Assembly: GCA_937901895.1 (NCBI GenBank)
Contig: CALGTD010000042.1
Location: 590-64,589, forward strand
Source: an uncultured Spartobacteria bacterium
Lineage (GTDB): Bacteria > Verrucomicrobiota > Verrucomicrobiia > Chthoniobacterales > JAATET01
Reading direction: 5' to 3'
Length of the DNA stretch: 64,000 nucleotides
Shown here: piece by piece, positions 21,263 to 31,411 of the stretch
Layout of the letters: every line of letters begins with the position of its first letter
Position numbering within the stretch: the first letter of the stretch is position 1
The notes under the pieces: model-generated
Database searches by the model: none
Told to the model about the DNA's origin: nothing
Seen by the model: only the letters and a program-made list of their open reading frames with translations
Program-made: the position numbers and the translations under genes

Positions 21263-21982
21263 ATGGCCCGTCTTTCCAGCACAGTTAAGAACCCCGACGC
21301 ACCGAAAACCGGCTTGATCCGTGTCGCCATCGTGGAGGATCACTCCGGATTTCGGGAAACGCTCATCCGGATGTTCGACGGAACATCCGATTTCGAGGTG
21401 GTCGCCGCATGTGCAAATACCGAGGAGGCCCTGACGACGATTCCGAAGACCGGCTGCGACATCGTGCTGCTGGATATCAAGCTCCCGGGAGCATCCGGCA
21501 TCGATTGTCTGCGTTCGTTGAAGCGGCAGATGCCCAACGTGCGCCTCGTGATGCTCACCGCCTACGACGACAACGACAATCTCTTCCAGTCCCTCACGGC
21601 GGGCGCCGACGGTTACCTCTTGAAAAGGACGCCGCGTGGGCGGCTGCTCGATTCGTTGCGCGACATCGTGGGAGGAGGAGCTCCGATTTCCCCGCAGATT
21701 GCCCGACGCATGGTGGAGTATTTTCACATGCTTCACGGACGGGAAAATGCGGGTCTCGTTCCGGCCAACTCGGAGCTCAAGGACCTGACCGCCCGCGAGA
21801 GGGAGGTGCTGGCGCTGCTGGCCGACGGCCAGACGCCCAAGGAGGTTGCGGACACCCTCGAGATCAGCTGGCAGACGGTGCGGAATCACATCCGCGTCAT
21901 TTACGAAAAGCTGCACGTGCACACCCGCACGGACGCGGTGTTGAAATATTTCGGACGCGTTCCCTCCGCCGAGCGGAAGTGA
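21263..21982 (+). CDS. Response regulator, NarL/LuxR family
   Basis: Receiver domain (IRVAIVEDHSGFRE...DIVLLDIKLPG) plus a LuxR HTH (LTAREREVLALLADGQTPKEVADTLEISWQTVRNHIRVIYEKLHV). Confidence 0.9.
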   Translation: MARLSSTVKNPDAPKTGLIRVAIVEDHSGFRETLIRMFDGTSDFEVVAACANTEEALTTIPKTGCDIVLLDIKLPGASGIDCLRSLKRQMPNVRLVMLTAYDDNDNLFQSLTAGADGYLLKRTPRGRLLDSLRDIVGGGAPISPQIARRMVEYFHMLHGRENAGLVPANSELKDLTAREREVLALLADGQTPKEVADTLEISWQTVRNHIRVIYEKLHVHTRTDAVLKYFGRVPSAERK

Positions 21983-21991
21983 CCGCCGGGA

Positions 21992-22369
21992 TCAATACGG
22001 AGGGATGCGCATCTCGAACCGCGGGATGCGCGTGAAGACGGGCTCGCCGGTGTCTGTGACGCCGAGATAGGCCCCCTCCGCCACGGCGTCGAACGCGGCA
22101 GCGTGTGAGCTGTTGTAGGAAAATCGCCCGCCCGGCTCGAGCCGCGGAAACTCGCCGACCACGCCGTCACCCTCCACGGCGATCGTGTCGCCATTGGCTT
22201 CGCGGATCACCCACTTGCGGCCCTTGATTGTGACGGTCTCGTCAGACTCGTTGGAGATCGTGATGAAATACACGAACACGTGCGGACGATCCGGAGGTCC
22301 CATGAGATCCGGCGCGTGCAGGACGCGGTCGACCGTGACATTCAGTCCGTGCAGCGCTCGCGGAGTCAT
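21992..22369 (-). CDS. apaG: ApaG (DUF525) protein
   Basis: 125 aa with ApaG-type motifs (FVYFITISNESDETVTIKGRKWVIREANG...VVGEFPRLEPGGRFSYNS). It lies downstream of hisS-aspS on the same strand. Confidence 0.8.
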   Translation of the reverse strand: MTPRALHGLNVTVDRVLHAPDLMGPPDRPHVFVYFITISNESDETVTIKGRKWVIREANGDTIAVEGDGVVGEFPRLEPGGRFSYNSSHAAAFDAVAEGAYLGVTDTGEPVFTRIPRFEMRIPPY

Positions 22370-22408
22370 GTCAGAGGGTGACGATGTTCCGTGCGCGCGC
22401 CGCCGGGA

Positions 22409-24190
22409 TCACGGCTTCTTCGCGGTGCTCTGGATGTAAAGCTCGCGGAGCTGCTTGAAGTCGACCGTGACGGGCGAGTGGGTGAGCAGGTCGAGGCCGC
22501 GGTTGTTCTTCGGAAAGGCGATCACGTCGCGAATGGACTCCGTGCCGGCGAGCAGCATGACGAGGCGGTCGAGACCGAGCGCAATGCCGCCGTGCGGCGG
22601 GGCGCCGAACGAGAACGCGCGAAGCAGGTGGCCGAATTTTTCCTGCTGCTCCTCGGGCCCGATGCCGAGGGTCTCGAACATCCTGGCCTGAAGCTCCTTT
22701 TCGTGGATTCGGATCGAGCCGCCACCGAGTTCGACGCCATTGAGCACGACGTCGTAGGCGACCGCACGGACCTTCGCGAATTCGCCCGCTTCGAGGAGCG
22801 GCACGTCCTCCGTCTTCGGGCGGGTGAAGGGATGGTGCACCGCGACCCACTTGGCTTCCTCCGGCGAGAAGGCGAGGAGCGGAAAATCGACGACCCAGAG
22901 AAAGTTCAGCGCGTTGCTGTCCTTCGTGAGCTCGAGCAGCTCGGCGCAGCGCAGGCGGACGCGGCCGAGCGTGTCGCACACGGCCTGCCATTTGTCCGCG
23001 CCGAAGAAGAGGACGTCGCCGGGCGCCAAGTCCATGCGCTCGGCGAGTGCTGCCTTCTCGGCCTCGGAGAAAAATTTCACGATCGGGCTCTCCCATTCGC
23101 CGGTGGCGTTGGCCTTGATGTAGGCGAGACCTTTGGCGCCAAGCTCGGTCTTTGCCCATTCCTCCCACTTCTTGAGCTGCTCCTTGGAGAGCTTCTCGGC
23201 GGCGCCCCTGGCGTTGAGGGCGCGGATCACGCCGCCGCCGTCGAGCACGGAGCGGAAGACCTTGAACTCCGACGCGGCAAACACGTCGCTGAGGTCGATG
23301 ATCTCGAGGCCGAAGCGCGTGTCGGGCTTGTCGGAGCCGAAGCGATCCATCGCCTCCTGGTAGGGCATGCGCGGGAACGGCGTGGAAATTTCCACCCCTT
23401 TCGCCTCGCGGAAAATGCGGGCGAGCAGCCCTTCAATGAGCGTCTGGATTTCGACGTCGGAAATGAACGACGCCTCGACGTCGATCTGCGTGAACTCGAG
23501 CTGGCGCTCGGCGCGGAGATCTTCGTCACGGAAGCAGCGGGCGATCTGGAAATATTTTTCCACGCCGGCGACCTGCAGCAGCTGCTTGTATTGCTGCGGG
23601 GCCTGCGGCAGCGCGTAGAATGCGCCGGGCGTAAGGCGGGCGGGCACGAGGAAGTCGCGCGCGCCTTCGGGCGTGGGGTTTGAAAGAATCGGGGTCTCGA
23701 CTTCGAGGTAGCCCTGCTCGTCGAAATAGTTGCGCGTGGCGGTGGTCACGCGGTGGCGCAGGCGGAGGTTTTGCGCCATCTGCGGACGGCGCAGGTCGAG
23801 GTAGCGGTATTCGAGGCGCAGGTCCTCGTTTGAGACCTTGGCGTCGAGCTGGAAGGGCAGGACGTCCGATTTGTTGAGGACGGTGAGGGACGTCGCGATG
23901 AGTTCGATGCCGCCGGTGGCGAGTTTTGGATTCTCGGTGCCGGCGAGGCGCGGGGCGACCTTGCCGGTGACGGTGATCACGTCCTCGCTGCGCAGACCGT
24001 GCGATTGCTCCGCGACCTCAGGATATTCCTCGGGACGGAAAACGACCTGCGTGACGCCCTCGCGGTCGCGAAGATCGATGAAGATGACGCCGCCATGATC
24101 ACGCCGCGAATCGACCCACCCGCACAGGGTGGCTTCGGTGCCGGCGTCGGATGGGCGCAGCGCGCCGCAATGATGAGAGCGATACTTCAT
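22409..24190 (-). CDS. aspS: Aspartate--tRNA ligase
   Basis: Full-length class IIb aaRS with an OB anticodon-binding N-terminus (GWVDSRRDHGGVIFIDLRD), motif 2 (FQIARCFRDEDLRAERQLEFTQIDVE) and motif 3 (GGIALGLDRLVML). Confidence 0.95.
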   Translation of the reverse strand: MKYRSHHCGALRPSDAGTEATLCGWVDSRRDHGGVIFIDLRDREGVTQVVFRPEEYPEVAEQSHGLRSEDVITVTGKVAPRLAGTENPKLATGGIELIATSLTVLNKSDVLPFQLDAKVSNEDLRLEYRYLDLRRPQMAQNLRLRHRVTTATRNYFDEQGYLEVETPILSNPTPEGARDFLVPARLTPGAFYALPQAPQQYKQLLQVAGVEKYFQIARCFRDEDLRAERQLEFTQIDVEASFISDVEIQTLIEGLLARIFREAKGVEISTPFPRMPYQEAMDRFGSDKPDTRFGLEIIDLSDVFAASEFKVFRSVLDGGGVIRALNARGAAEKLSKEQLKKWEEWAKTELGAKGLAYIKANATGEWESPIVKFFSEAEKAALAERMDLAPGDVLFFGADKWQAVCDTLGRVRLRCAELLELTKDSNALNFLWVVDFPLLAFSPEEAKWVAVHHPFTRPKTEDVPLLEAGEFAKVRAVAYDVVLNGVELGGGSIRIHEKELQARMFETLGIGPEEQQEKFGHLLRAFSFGAPPHGGIALGLDRLVMLLAGTESIRDVIAFPKNNRGLDLLTHSPVTVDFKQLRELYIQSTAKKP

Positions 24191-24199
24191 GGCGAACCG

Positions 24200-25447
24200 T
24201 CAAGATTGGGCGGTTTTCAGCCACCCGGCAAGCGCGTCTTGCGGGACGGCCGTCTCCGTGCGCGTGGCGAGCGTTTTCACCTTCACCTGTGGCCATTCCT
24301 GGCCGACGACGACCGCGAAGCGCGCGCCGAGCTGTTCGGCGGCCTGGAATTGCTTGCCGACCTTAGCGGTATCGAGCGGGAAATCCGTCCGCCAGCCGGC
24401 GTCCCGGAGCGTCTGCACGAGCCCGATCGCGTCGCGGCGAAGGGATTCGTCGGCAATGACCACGAAAACCTCCGCCGCCGGGCTCGCGGCGAGCGTCTGC
24501 TCCATTTTGGCGCGGGCGTGCGGCGTTTCCTCGATGAGATTGCCGAGCACGACGTCGCCCATGCCGAACCCGATGGCCGGCAGTTTCACGGCGCCGTCGC
24601 TGAGGTCGGTGAGCAGGTTGTCGTAGCGGCCTCCGCCGGCAAGGGCGCGCATGGATTTGCTCTTGTCGAAGGCCTCGAAAACGAGGCCGGTGTAGTAGGC
24701 GAGTCCGCGCACGATCGAGAGGTCGATCTCGACGAAGTCGCGCAGTCCACGCGCGTCGAGCTGTTCGAGCAGCGGGGCGAAAAATTCCGGGCTGCCGCCG
24801 GCGATGAACGTCTTCAGGTCGGCGACGGTGAGGCTGTGCGGTGCGAGTTTCGCATTCAGCGAGTCCTCGGGTTCGCGCTCGATCTTGTCGATGATGGCGA
24901 GCACGGACTTCGTGTCCTCAACGCCGCGGGATTTCAGGAATTCGATCCACGCGTTGCGGTCGCTCAGGCGGATGACGAAATCGTCCTTCGTGAAGCCAAA
25001 TTCGCGGAGCAGGTCGATGACGAGCGCGACGGCCTCGGCGTCCGCGGCCGTGGAGGCGTCGCCGATAAGGTCGGCGTTGAACTGGATGAACTCGCGCAGG
25101 CGGCCCTTCTGCTGGCGCTCGTAGCGGAAGAAATTCGAGGTGCTGAACCACTTAAGCGGCTTGCGATAGGCGCGTTCCTTCGCGATGACCATGCGGGCGA
25201 GGGTGGGCGTCATTTCCGGGCGCAGCGCCACGTCGCGATCGCCGCGGTCCTTGAAGTTGTAGAGCTGCCCGAGAATCTCGGCGCCGCTCTCGTTCTTTTT
25301 CGCGTAAAGGTCCATGGACTCGAGCACGGGGCCGTCCATCTCGACAAAGCCATAACGGCGCGCGACGCGGCGCCAGCCGTCGAGCACATAGCCGCGGCGG
25401 GCGCAGTCCTCGGGATAAAAGTCACGGAAACCGGGAAGCGGTCGCAT
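24200..25447 (-). CDS. hisS: Histidine--tRNA ligase
   Basis: N-terminus MRPLPGFRDFYPEDCARR, plus class IIa motifs (FRYERQQKGRLREFIQFNAD; GGGRYDNL). Confidence 0.95.
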   Translation of the reverse strand: MRPLPGFRDFYPEDCARRGYVLDGWRRVARRYGFVEMDGPVLESMDLYAKKNESGAEILGQLYNFKDRGDRDVALRPEMTPTLARMVIAKERAYRKPLKWFSTSNFFRYERQQKGRLREFIQFNADLIGDASTAADAEAVALVIDLLREFGFTKDDFVIRLSDRNAWIEFLKSRGVEDTKSVLAIIDKIEREPEDSLNAKLAPHSLTVADLKTFIAGGSPEFFAPLLEQLDARGLRDFVEIDLSIVRGLAYYTGLVFEAFDKSKSMRALAGGGRYDNLLTDLSDGAVKLPAIGFGMGDVVLGNLIEETPHARAKMEQTLAASPAAEVFVVIADESLRRDAIGLVQTLRDAGWRTDFPLDTAKVGKQFQAAEQLGARFAVVVGQEWPQVKVKTLATRTETAVPQDALAGWLKTAQS

Positions 25448-25526
25448 CGCGACACGCCACCAAATCGCCGCCCGCCGCGCAACGATTTCCGCGTGTCTGG
25501 AGGATCGATCGACCTAGAATGGTGCG

Positions 25527-26033
25527 GTGAAAACGATCGGCGCGCGTGAATTGAGCCGGAATTCGGGAGCTTTTCTGCTCGATGTTCGGACGCCGGCGGA
25601 GTTCGCCGCCGAGCATATCGAGGGCGCGGCGCTGCTGCCGCTGCACGAACTCGACGAAGCCTCGGCGGTCAAGGTCCTCGCGGGACGGAAGGAGTGCGTG
25701 GTTGTCTGCCAGAGTGGCCGGCGCGCGCAATCCGCCGCCGGGAAGCTTGAGGAGTGGGGAATTACGCCGGTCGTGCTCGAAGGGGGCGTGAACGCTTGGA
25801 AAGACGCCGGCCTGCCCGTGAAGCGTGGCCGCGGGGTCATCTCAATCGAGCGGCAGGTCAGGATCGCAGCGGGCTCGCTGGTCGTGATCGGCGTGGCGCT
25901 GGGCTTTTCCGTAAGCCCGTGGTTCTTCGGTCTGTCGGCATTTGTCGGGTGCGGGTTGATTTTCGCCGGAATCACGGACTTCTGCGGGATGGGCCTTCTC
26001 CTCGCAAGGATGCCGTGGAATCAGCGTGGCTGA
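25527..26033 (+). CDS. Rhodanese-domain protein with C-terminal DUF2892 membrane hairpin (YgaP-like)
   Basis: GTG start. Rhodanese fold (LLDVRTPAEFAAEHIEGAALLPL...VVCQSGRRA) followed by two TM helices (IAAGSLVVIGVALGF...GCGLIFAGITDFCGM). Confidence 0.75.
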   Translation: MKTIGARELSRNSGAFLLDVRTPAEFAAEHIEGAALLPLHELDEASAVKVLAGRKECVVVCQSGRRAQSAAGKLEEWGITPVVLEGGVNAWKDAGLPVKRGRGVISIERQVRIAAGSLVVIGVALGFSVSPWFFGLSAFVGCGLIFAGITDFCGMGLLLARMPWNQRG

Positions 26034-26091
26034 TTGCCCTCCCGGAGGGCTTGCACTTGGGCTTTGGCGGCGGCAGGCTGTGCGGTTCGCC

Positions 26092-29004
26092 ATGACCAGC
26101 GCCGAGATTCGCCAATCCTATCTGGATTTCTTCCGGGAGAAACAGCACACGATCGTGCCGTCGAGCTCGTTGATGCCCGACAGTCCGAACCTGCTCTTCA
26201 CGAACGCAGGAATGAACCAGTTCGTGCCGGTCTTCCTCGGCCAGAAGACGGCTGACGTCTCGAAGTGGGCGAATGCGATCCCGGGTCTGGATACGCGCGC
26301 GGCGGACACGCAGAAGTGCATCCGCGCCGGCGGCAAGCACAACGATCTCGAGGACGTCGGTCTCGACACGTATCACCACACGTTCTTCGAGATGCTCGGG
26401 AACTGGAGCTTCGGCGACTATTTCAAAAAGGAAGCCATCGCCTGGGCGTGGGAGCTAATTGTCGACCGGTGGAGGTTTCCTGTCGAACGGCTTTACGCCA
26501 CGGTCTACGCGCCCGGAGAGGGCGATCCGAGCGAGTTCGACCAGGAGGCGTATGACTGCTGGGCAGCGCTGTTCACGAAGGCCGGGCTCGACCCGAAGGT
26601 TCACATCGTCAACGGCAACAAAAAGGACAACTTCTGGATGATGGGCGACACGGGCCCGTGCGGTCCGTGTTCCGAGCTTCATGTCGATCTCACGCCGGCC
26701 GGCGACACGAAGGGCTCGCTGGTCAATGCCGGCGACGCGCGTTGCATCGAGATCTGGAATCTCGTGTTCATCCAATACAACGCGAACGCCGACGGCACCT
26801 TCTCGCCGCTGCCCGCGAAGCACGTGGACACCGGCATGGGCTTCGAGCGCGTGACCTCGATCATCCAGGGCACGAAGAATTTCACCGACTTCGGGAATGC
26901 AAAAATCTCGAACTACGAGACGGACATCTTCCGGCCGATCTTCGACGAACTCGAGCGCATCAGCGGGCGCAAGTATGGCAGCACCCTGCCCGCGCCCGGC
27001 TCGACCGGCGATACGGAGCAGGAGCATGTCGACGTGGCATTCCGCGTGATCGCCGATCATATCCGCACGCTCAGCTTTGCGATTGCGGACGGCATTCAAC
27101 CGGGGAACACGGATCGAAACTACGTCCTGCGCCGCATTCTGCGCCGGGCCGTTCGTTACGGTCGCACGCTCGGGCTGCATGAGCCGTTTTTCTACAAGCT
27201 CGTCGCCGTGCTCGCGCGCACGATGGGTGACGTTTTCCACGAACTGCGTCTCAAGCAGAAGCATGTCGAGGAGGTCATTCGTCGCGAAGAGGAGGCGTTC
27301 AACAAGACGCTCGATCGCGGAATCCGGATGTTCGAGAGCGAGGTGTTTGCCCGTGCGCTCGCCGCGGCGGCGCAGGCCGACGGACTCGCGATGGTGCTGA
27401 AGTCCGAGTCGTTCTTCGTTCCCGAGCCGGGCAGGTCTCCGGAGGAGGTCGACGTTTCGGAAGTCGTGTTCTCGCGCGGCGGGGAAACCGTTGCCGGCTT
27501 TGATTCCGCCGAATTGCTCGAGGGAGCGTGGCGAAAGGTGCTGAAGACGACGCCGAGGATCTCCGGCGAGGACGCCTTCAAGCTCTACGACACCTACGGA
27601 TTTCCCGTGGATCTCACGGACCTCATGGCCCGCGAGCGCGGGCTCACGGTGGACATCGCCGGGTTCGAATCGCTCATGGAGGCCCAGCGCGAGCGCGCCC
27701 GCGCCGCGCAGAAAAAGGAGGTCATTTCCGCGGAAGGCCGGACTGTCGAGACACAGACCCAGTTTGTCGGCTACGATGAACTCGAGGCGGAGGCCCGGGT
27801 CCTCGAGGTCGTTTCGAAGGATGGAGACACCTTTGCAATCGTCGACGTCAGCCCGCTCTATGCCGAGATGGGCGGTCAGGTCGGCGATACCGGCATTCTC
27901 ATCGCGGGCGGGGAAATGTTTCCCATCACAAATACCGTCAAGCGTGGAGGGGCGTTTTTTCTCAAGCTGCCTTCCTCGGCCGCGATCGCCGCACCTTCCG
28001 AAGTGCGCCTTCAGGTGGACGCCGCGCGGCGCGTGGCGATTGAGCGCCATCACACCGTCACCCATTTGCTGCATTGGGCGTTGCATGAAGTGGTCAGCCG
28101 CGACGCGACGCAGAAGGGATCGTTTGTCGGGCCCGACAAGCTGACGTTCGACTTCAACAGCGGAGCGCTGACGCAGCAGCAGGTTCGCGACATCGAGAAA
28201 CTCGTCAACGAGCGGATCCTCGAAAACGCGACCGTCTCGTGGATGGAGGTGCCGTATGCGGACGTGAAGACACGCCCTGACATCATGCAGTTCTTCGGTG
28301 ACAAGTATGGCGAGACCGTTCGGGTGGTGCAGATCGGCGGGCGGCCCGAGGAACTGGACGGCTACTCGATGGAACTGTGCGGCGGCACGCACACGCGCAC
28401 GACCGGACAAATCGGCGTATTCCGCATCGTCAACGAGTCCGCCATCGCCGCCGGAGTGCGGCGCATCGAGGCGACCGCGGGATTGACCGCCTACGAGTCA
28501 GCCCGCGCGGACATGGACCGGCTCCACGCGATCGCCGGAAAACTCAACGCCCCGCTCACGGAACTCGAGAAGAAACTCGAAGCCCTGCTCTCGCAACAAA
28601 AGGCGCTTGAGAAGCAGCTTGCCTCGCTCAAGCAGCAACAGGCGGCGGGTGTCGCGACGGGGTTGCTGGAGAAGGTTCGCAACGCCGGACTGAAGGTGCC
28701 CTCCATCATCGAGCACCTCGGGGATGCGGATGGAGATTACCTGCAGGCGGTGGCCGATGCGTTGAAGGGACGCTTCGACGGGGCGATTGTGCTCACCGGC
28801 TCGGCAAATGGTGCCGTCGCGCTCGTAGCGGCCGTTTCCCCCGCGCATACAAAGACGGTGCAGGCGGGCAAGTTGATTCAGGGAATTGCGCCGGTCGTCG
28901 GAGGAAAGGGCGGTGGCCGGCCGGACAATGCGCGTGGTGGCGGCAAGGACTCGACGAAGATCGACGAAGCCTTGCGCGAGGCGGAGCGCCTGCTGGGCTG
29001 CTGA
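26092..29004 (+). CDS. alaS: Alanine--tRNA ligase
   Basis: Start at ATG 26092 (MTSAEIRQSYLDFFREKQHT). It has the FTNAGMNQF motif, an editing domain (HTVTHLLHWAL) and a C-terminal DHHA1-like domain. It also has an internal insertion of about 70 aa relative to the E. coli layout. Confidence 0.95.
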   Translation: MTSAEIRQSYLDFFREKQHTIVPSSSLMPDSPNLLFTNAGMNQFVPVFLGQKTADVSKWANAIPGLDTRAADTQKCIRAGGKHNDLEDVGLDTYHHTFFEMLGNWSFGDYFKKEAIAWAWELIVDRWRFPVERLYATVYAPGEGDPSEFDQEAYDCWAALFTKAGLDPKVHIVNGNKKDNFWMMGDTGPCGPCSELHVDLTPAGDTKGSLVNAGDARCIEIWNLVFIQYNANADGTFSPLPAKHVDTGMGFERVTSIIQGTKNFTDFGNAKISNYETDIFRPIFDELERISGRKYGSTLPAPGSTGDTEQEHVDVAFRVIADHIRTLSFAIADGIQPGNTDRNYVLRRILRRAVRYGRTLGLHEPFFYKLVAVLARTMGDVFHELRLKQKHVEEVIRREEEAFNKTLDRGIRMFESEVFARALAAAAQADGLAMVLKSESFFVPEPGRSPEEVDVSEVVFSRGGETVAGFDSAELLEGAWRKVLKTTPRISGEDAFKLYDTYGFPVDLTDLMARERGLTVDIAGFESLMEAQRERARAAQKKEVISAEGRTVETQTQFVGYDELEAEARVLEVVSKDGDTFAIVDVSPLYAEMGGQVGDTGILIAGGEMFPITNTVKRGGAFFLKLPSSAAIAAPSEVRLQVDAARRVAIERHHTVTHLLHWALHEVVSRDATQKGSFVGPDKLTFDFNSGALTQQQVRDIEKLVNERILENATVSWMEVPYADVKTRPDIMQFFGDKYGETVRVVQIGGRPEELDGYSMELCGGTHTRTTGQIGVFRIVNESAIAAGVRRIEATAGLTAYESARADMDRLHAIAGKLNAPLTELEKKLEALLSQQKALEKQLASLKQQQAAGVATGLLEKVRNAGLKVPSIIEHLGDADGDYLQAVADALKGRFDGAIVLTGSANGAVALVAAVSPAHTKTVQAGKLIQGIAPVVGGKGGGRPDNARGGGKDSTKIDEALREAERLLGC

Positions 29005-29180
29005 TTTTAGCGGTTCGGACGCGTTCCCCTTTGCGGGACGCTGGAGGTGATTCAGGCGCAATTGCCTACACGGGCATGCGGGGATTGGGCGATGCCGACG
29101 TCGGGGCATTCTCCGATAGCTGCACCAACATTGGGGGGCGAACTTTGGGAAAACTGCGAAACCTCCACTCAAAGTCCGCC

Positions 29181-30593
29181 ATGACCTCTCGAACATTGCT
29201 CCCTGCCGTTGCCTTCCTTGTCGCCCTATCCCGCCTTGAAGCTGCACCCATCAGCTTCCCCGCGGGAACCTTTGAGGGCGGAACCTCCAGCCAGTGGGCG
29301 ACCCAATCCACGGGACTCGCCTCCGCCTCAACTCCCTCTGAGGCCGGAAACACCTTTGGCCGGGTCGCTATCACCGGAATTGGCAGTGGGAGCCTTTCCA
29401 CGAGCGTCGCTTCTCCGTTTCAAGCCACGAGTTTGTATGTGGTGTCCGTCGACCTGAGGTCCTCGACCTTGGTCAGTCTTGCGTCGCAGTCCTTCGAGCT
29501 GGAGGTGCTGGACGGAAATTGCGCCGTCGTCGCGTCGCTGGATCAAAGCCAGCTCGTCGGCGTGTTGGGGACTAATCTGGGAGTGGTCAGCGAGCTCACG
29601 GGCGGTCTCTCCGGGTTGCTGGGGCGCGCGGATTTGATCGGGGTTTTGCAGCCGTTGCTCGAGTTGCTTCAGGGCGATTCGGCGCTTCTCGGCGCGGTGG
29701 AACAGTTGATCGATTCGCTGATTGGCGCGGATCCCAGTGTGGTCTCCGAACTGGTGGCCCTGCTTCAGCAGGTGCTTGCAGGAACGCTGGACCCGGCGAC
29801 GCTGGATCTTTCCGACATTGCGTCCCTGCTCGACCTGCCGGAAGCCAGTCCGATCGTGGCGGCGGTTGACCAGTTTCTCGATTTCACCGTTGGGAATGAT
29901 GGTCCGGTCGAGGCGGTGCTGAACCTTCTGCAGGTTCTCCTCGGGGGTGCTCCGGGCGACACCGCGCTGGTGCAGGAACTCCTCGCCGCGCTGGTTGGGG
30001 ACGAGGGTCTCGTGGAACGGGTTGCCGACATCCTGCTGTATGCGCTGGCTGATGATGGTCTTCTCGGATCGCTGACCGAAACGCTGACCCGCAGCTTGCT
30101 CGGCGTGGCGAACCCGAACGAATCCGGCTTCCAGACCGTGAAACTGATCTTCAGTGTGGGCTCAACGCCGCCCGAGGGGGCGATTGGAATCCGCCTTTCC
30201 GCCGCGGCGACCGTGGCCCTGGGCGCGCAGGTCGATTACGACAACGTCACGATCGAGCGGTTTGCACTAGTGACTCCTCCGGGGCCGGGAGGTCCGGGCA
30301 TCGTGGGCCGGCCCAGCGTGAACATTCGCGGAAAGAAGCTCCGCCCGGTGAAAGGAAATCGCATGGTCATTCGCGGAAAGGCCACCGCGGTCGGTGCTGA
30401 CAACCGGATCACTCGCGTCGAATACAACGTTCGGGGCAAGAGCGTGAAGAGCAAGAAATTCCGGAAGGCGAAAGGAGCGGAAAACTGGCGGTTTGTGGTG
30501 CGTCCGAAGGACCCCAGGACCCGTATTCGCGTCCGTGCGGTTGATTCCTTCCAACAGAAGTCGCCGAAGCGCGTGGTCGCGCTCGTGAAATAG
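29181..30593 (+). CDS. Hypothetical secreted protein with Leu/Asp-rich helical low-complexity core and basic Ig-like C-terminal domain
   Basis: Start at ATG 29181, giving the signal peptide MTSRTLLPAVAFLVALSRLEAAP. No recognisable catalytic motifs. Confidence 0.55.
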   Translation: MTSRTLLPAVAFLVALSRLEAAPISFPAGTFEGGTSSQWATQSTGLASASTPSEAGNTFGRVAITGIGSGSLSTSVASPFQATSLYVVSVDLRSSTLVSLASQSFELEVLDGNCAVVASLDQSQLVGVLGTNLGVVSELTGGLSGLLGRADLIGVLQPLLELLQGDSALLGAVEQLIDSLIGADPSVVSELVALLQQVLAGTLDPATLDLSDIASLLDLPEASPIVAAVDQFLDFTVGNDGPVEAVLNLLQVLLGGAPGDTALVQELLAALVGDEGLVERVADILLYALADDGLLGSLTETLTRSLLGVANPNESGFQTVKLIFSVGSTPPEGAIGIRLSAAATVALGAQVDYDNVTIERFALVTPPGPGGPGIVGRPSVNIRGKKLRPVKGNRMVIRGKATAVGADNRITRVEYNVRGKSVKSKKFRKAKGAENWRFVVRPKDPRTRIRVRAVDSFQQKSPKRVVALVK

Positions 30594-30682
30594 AAGGAAT
30601 TCTCAGCTTTCGACGCCCGCGCGCAGAAATGCGTCGGGCGTCGTTTGCTGTCGCGGAGGACATCCGCAACCGGGGTTGCCCG

Positions 30683-31411
30683 TCAGCGAACCGCCGCCCA
30701 CACGCGGTGGACGTCGTCGTGCTCGTCGAGGGCGTGGAGAAATTCGCCGACCTCCGCGGCCTGTTCGTCCGAGAGATTGGGGAATTGCTTGGCGACGTAG
30801 CCGAGTTCGCTGGTGACGACGGTCCACCCGTTCGCCGAGAGCCATTTCGAGACCGCTGCGGTGGCGGTGCGTTCGGTGATGAAGCGCGCGCCGGTGGCAT
30901 CGGCGGGAATGTCGTCGTTCTGCTCGTGCGTGAGCGGCTCGACTTCGTTGGCGCCGGCCTCGATCGCGGCCTCCTCGATGTCCACCGCGTCGGGGCGATG
31001 CGCTTCGACGAGCCCGACATGGTCGAAGAGGAACTTGTTGCTGCCGGGGGTGCCGAGCTGGCCCTTCTTGAAAAGAACCCGGATTTCCGGGGCGGTGCGG
31101 TTGTTGTTGTCGGTGAGCACCTCGACGATCACCGGCACCTTGTGCGGCGCGTAGCCTTCGAAGACGACGTGCTCCATCACGAGCTTCTCGTCGCCGATGC
31201 CGGCGCCCTTCTTGATGGCCCGCTCGATCACGTCGCGGCTGACGCTGCCCTTCCGGGCCTTTTCCACGGCCGCCGCGAGTCGCGCGTTTCCGTCGGGATC
31301 GGGGCCGCCGAGCTTCGCGGCGACCATGATTTCCTTCACCATCTTGCCGATGGCCTGGCCCTTTTTGAGACCCGCCACCTCACGTTTCGCGTGCAACCAC
31401 TGACGACCCAT
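30683..31411 (-). CDS. yebC: YebC/PmpR-family transcriptional regulator
   Basis: Conserved N-terminus (MGRQWLHAKREVAGLKKGQAIGKMVKEIMVAAKLGGPDPDGNARL) and the typical 242-aa length. Confidence 0.9.
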   Translation of the reverse strand: MGRQWLHAKREVAGLKKGQAIGKMVKEIMVAAKLGGPDPDGNARLAAAVEKARKGSVSRDVIERAIKKGAGIGDEKLVMEHVVFEGYAPHKVPVIVEVLTDNNNRTAPEIRVLFKKGQLGTPGSNKFLFDHVGLVEAHRPDAVDIEEAAIEAGANEVEPLTHEQNDDIPADATGARFITERTATAAVSKWLSANGWTVVTSELGYVAKQFPNLSDEQAAEVGEFLHALDEHDDVHRVWAAVR

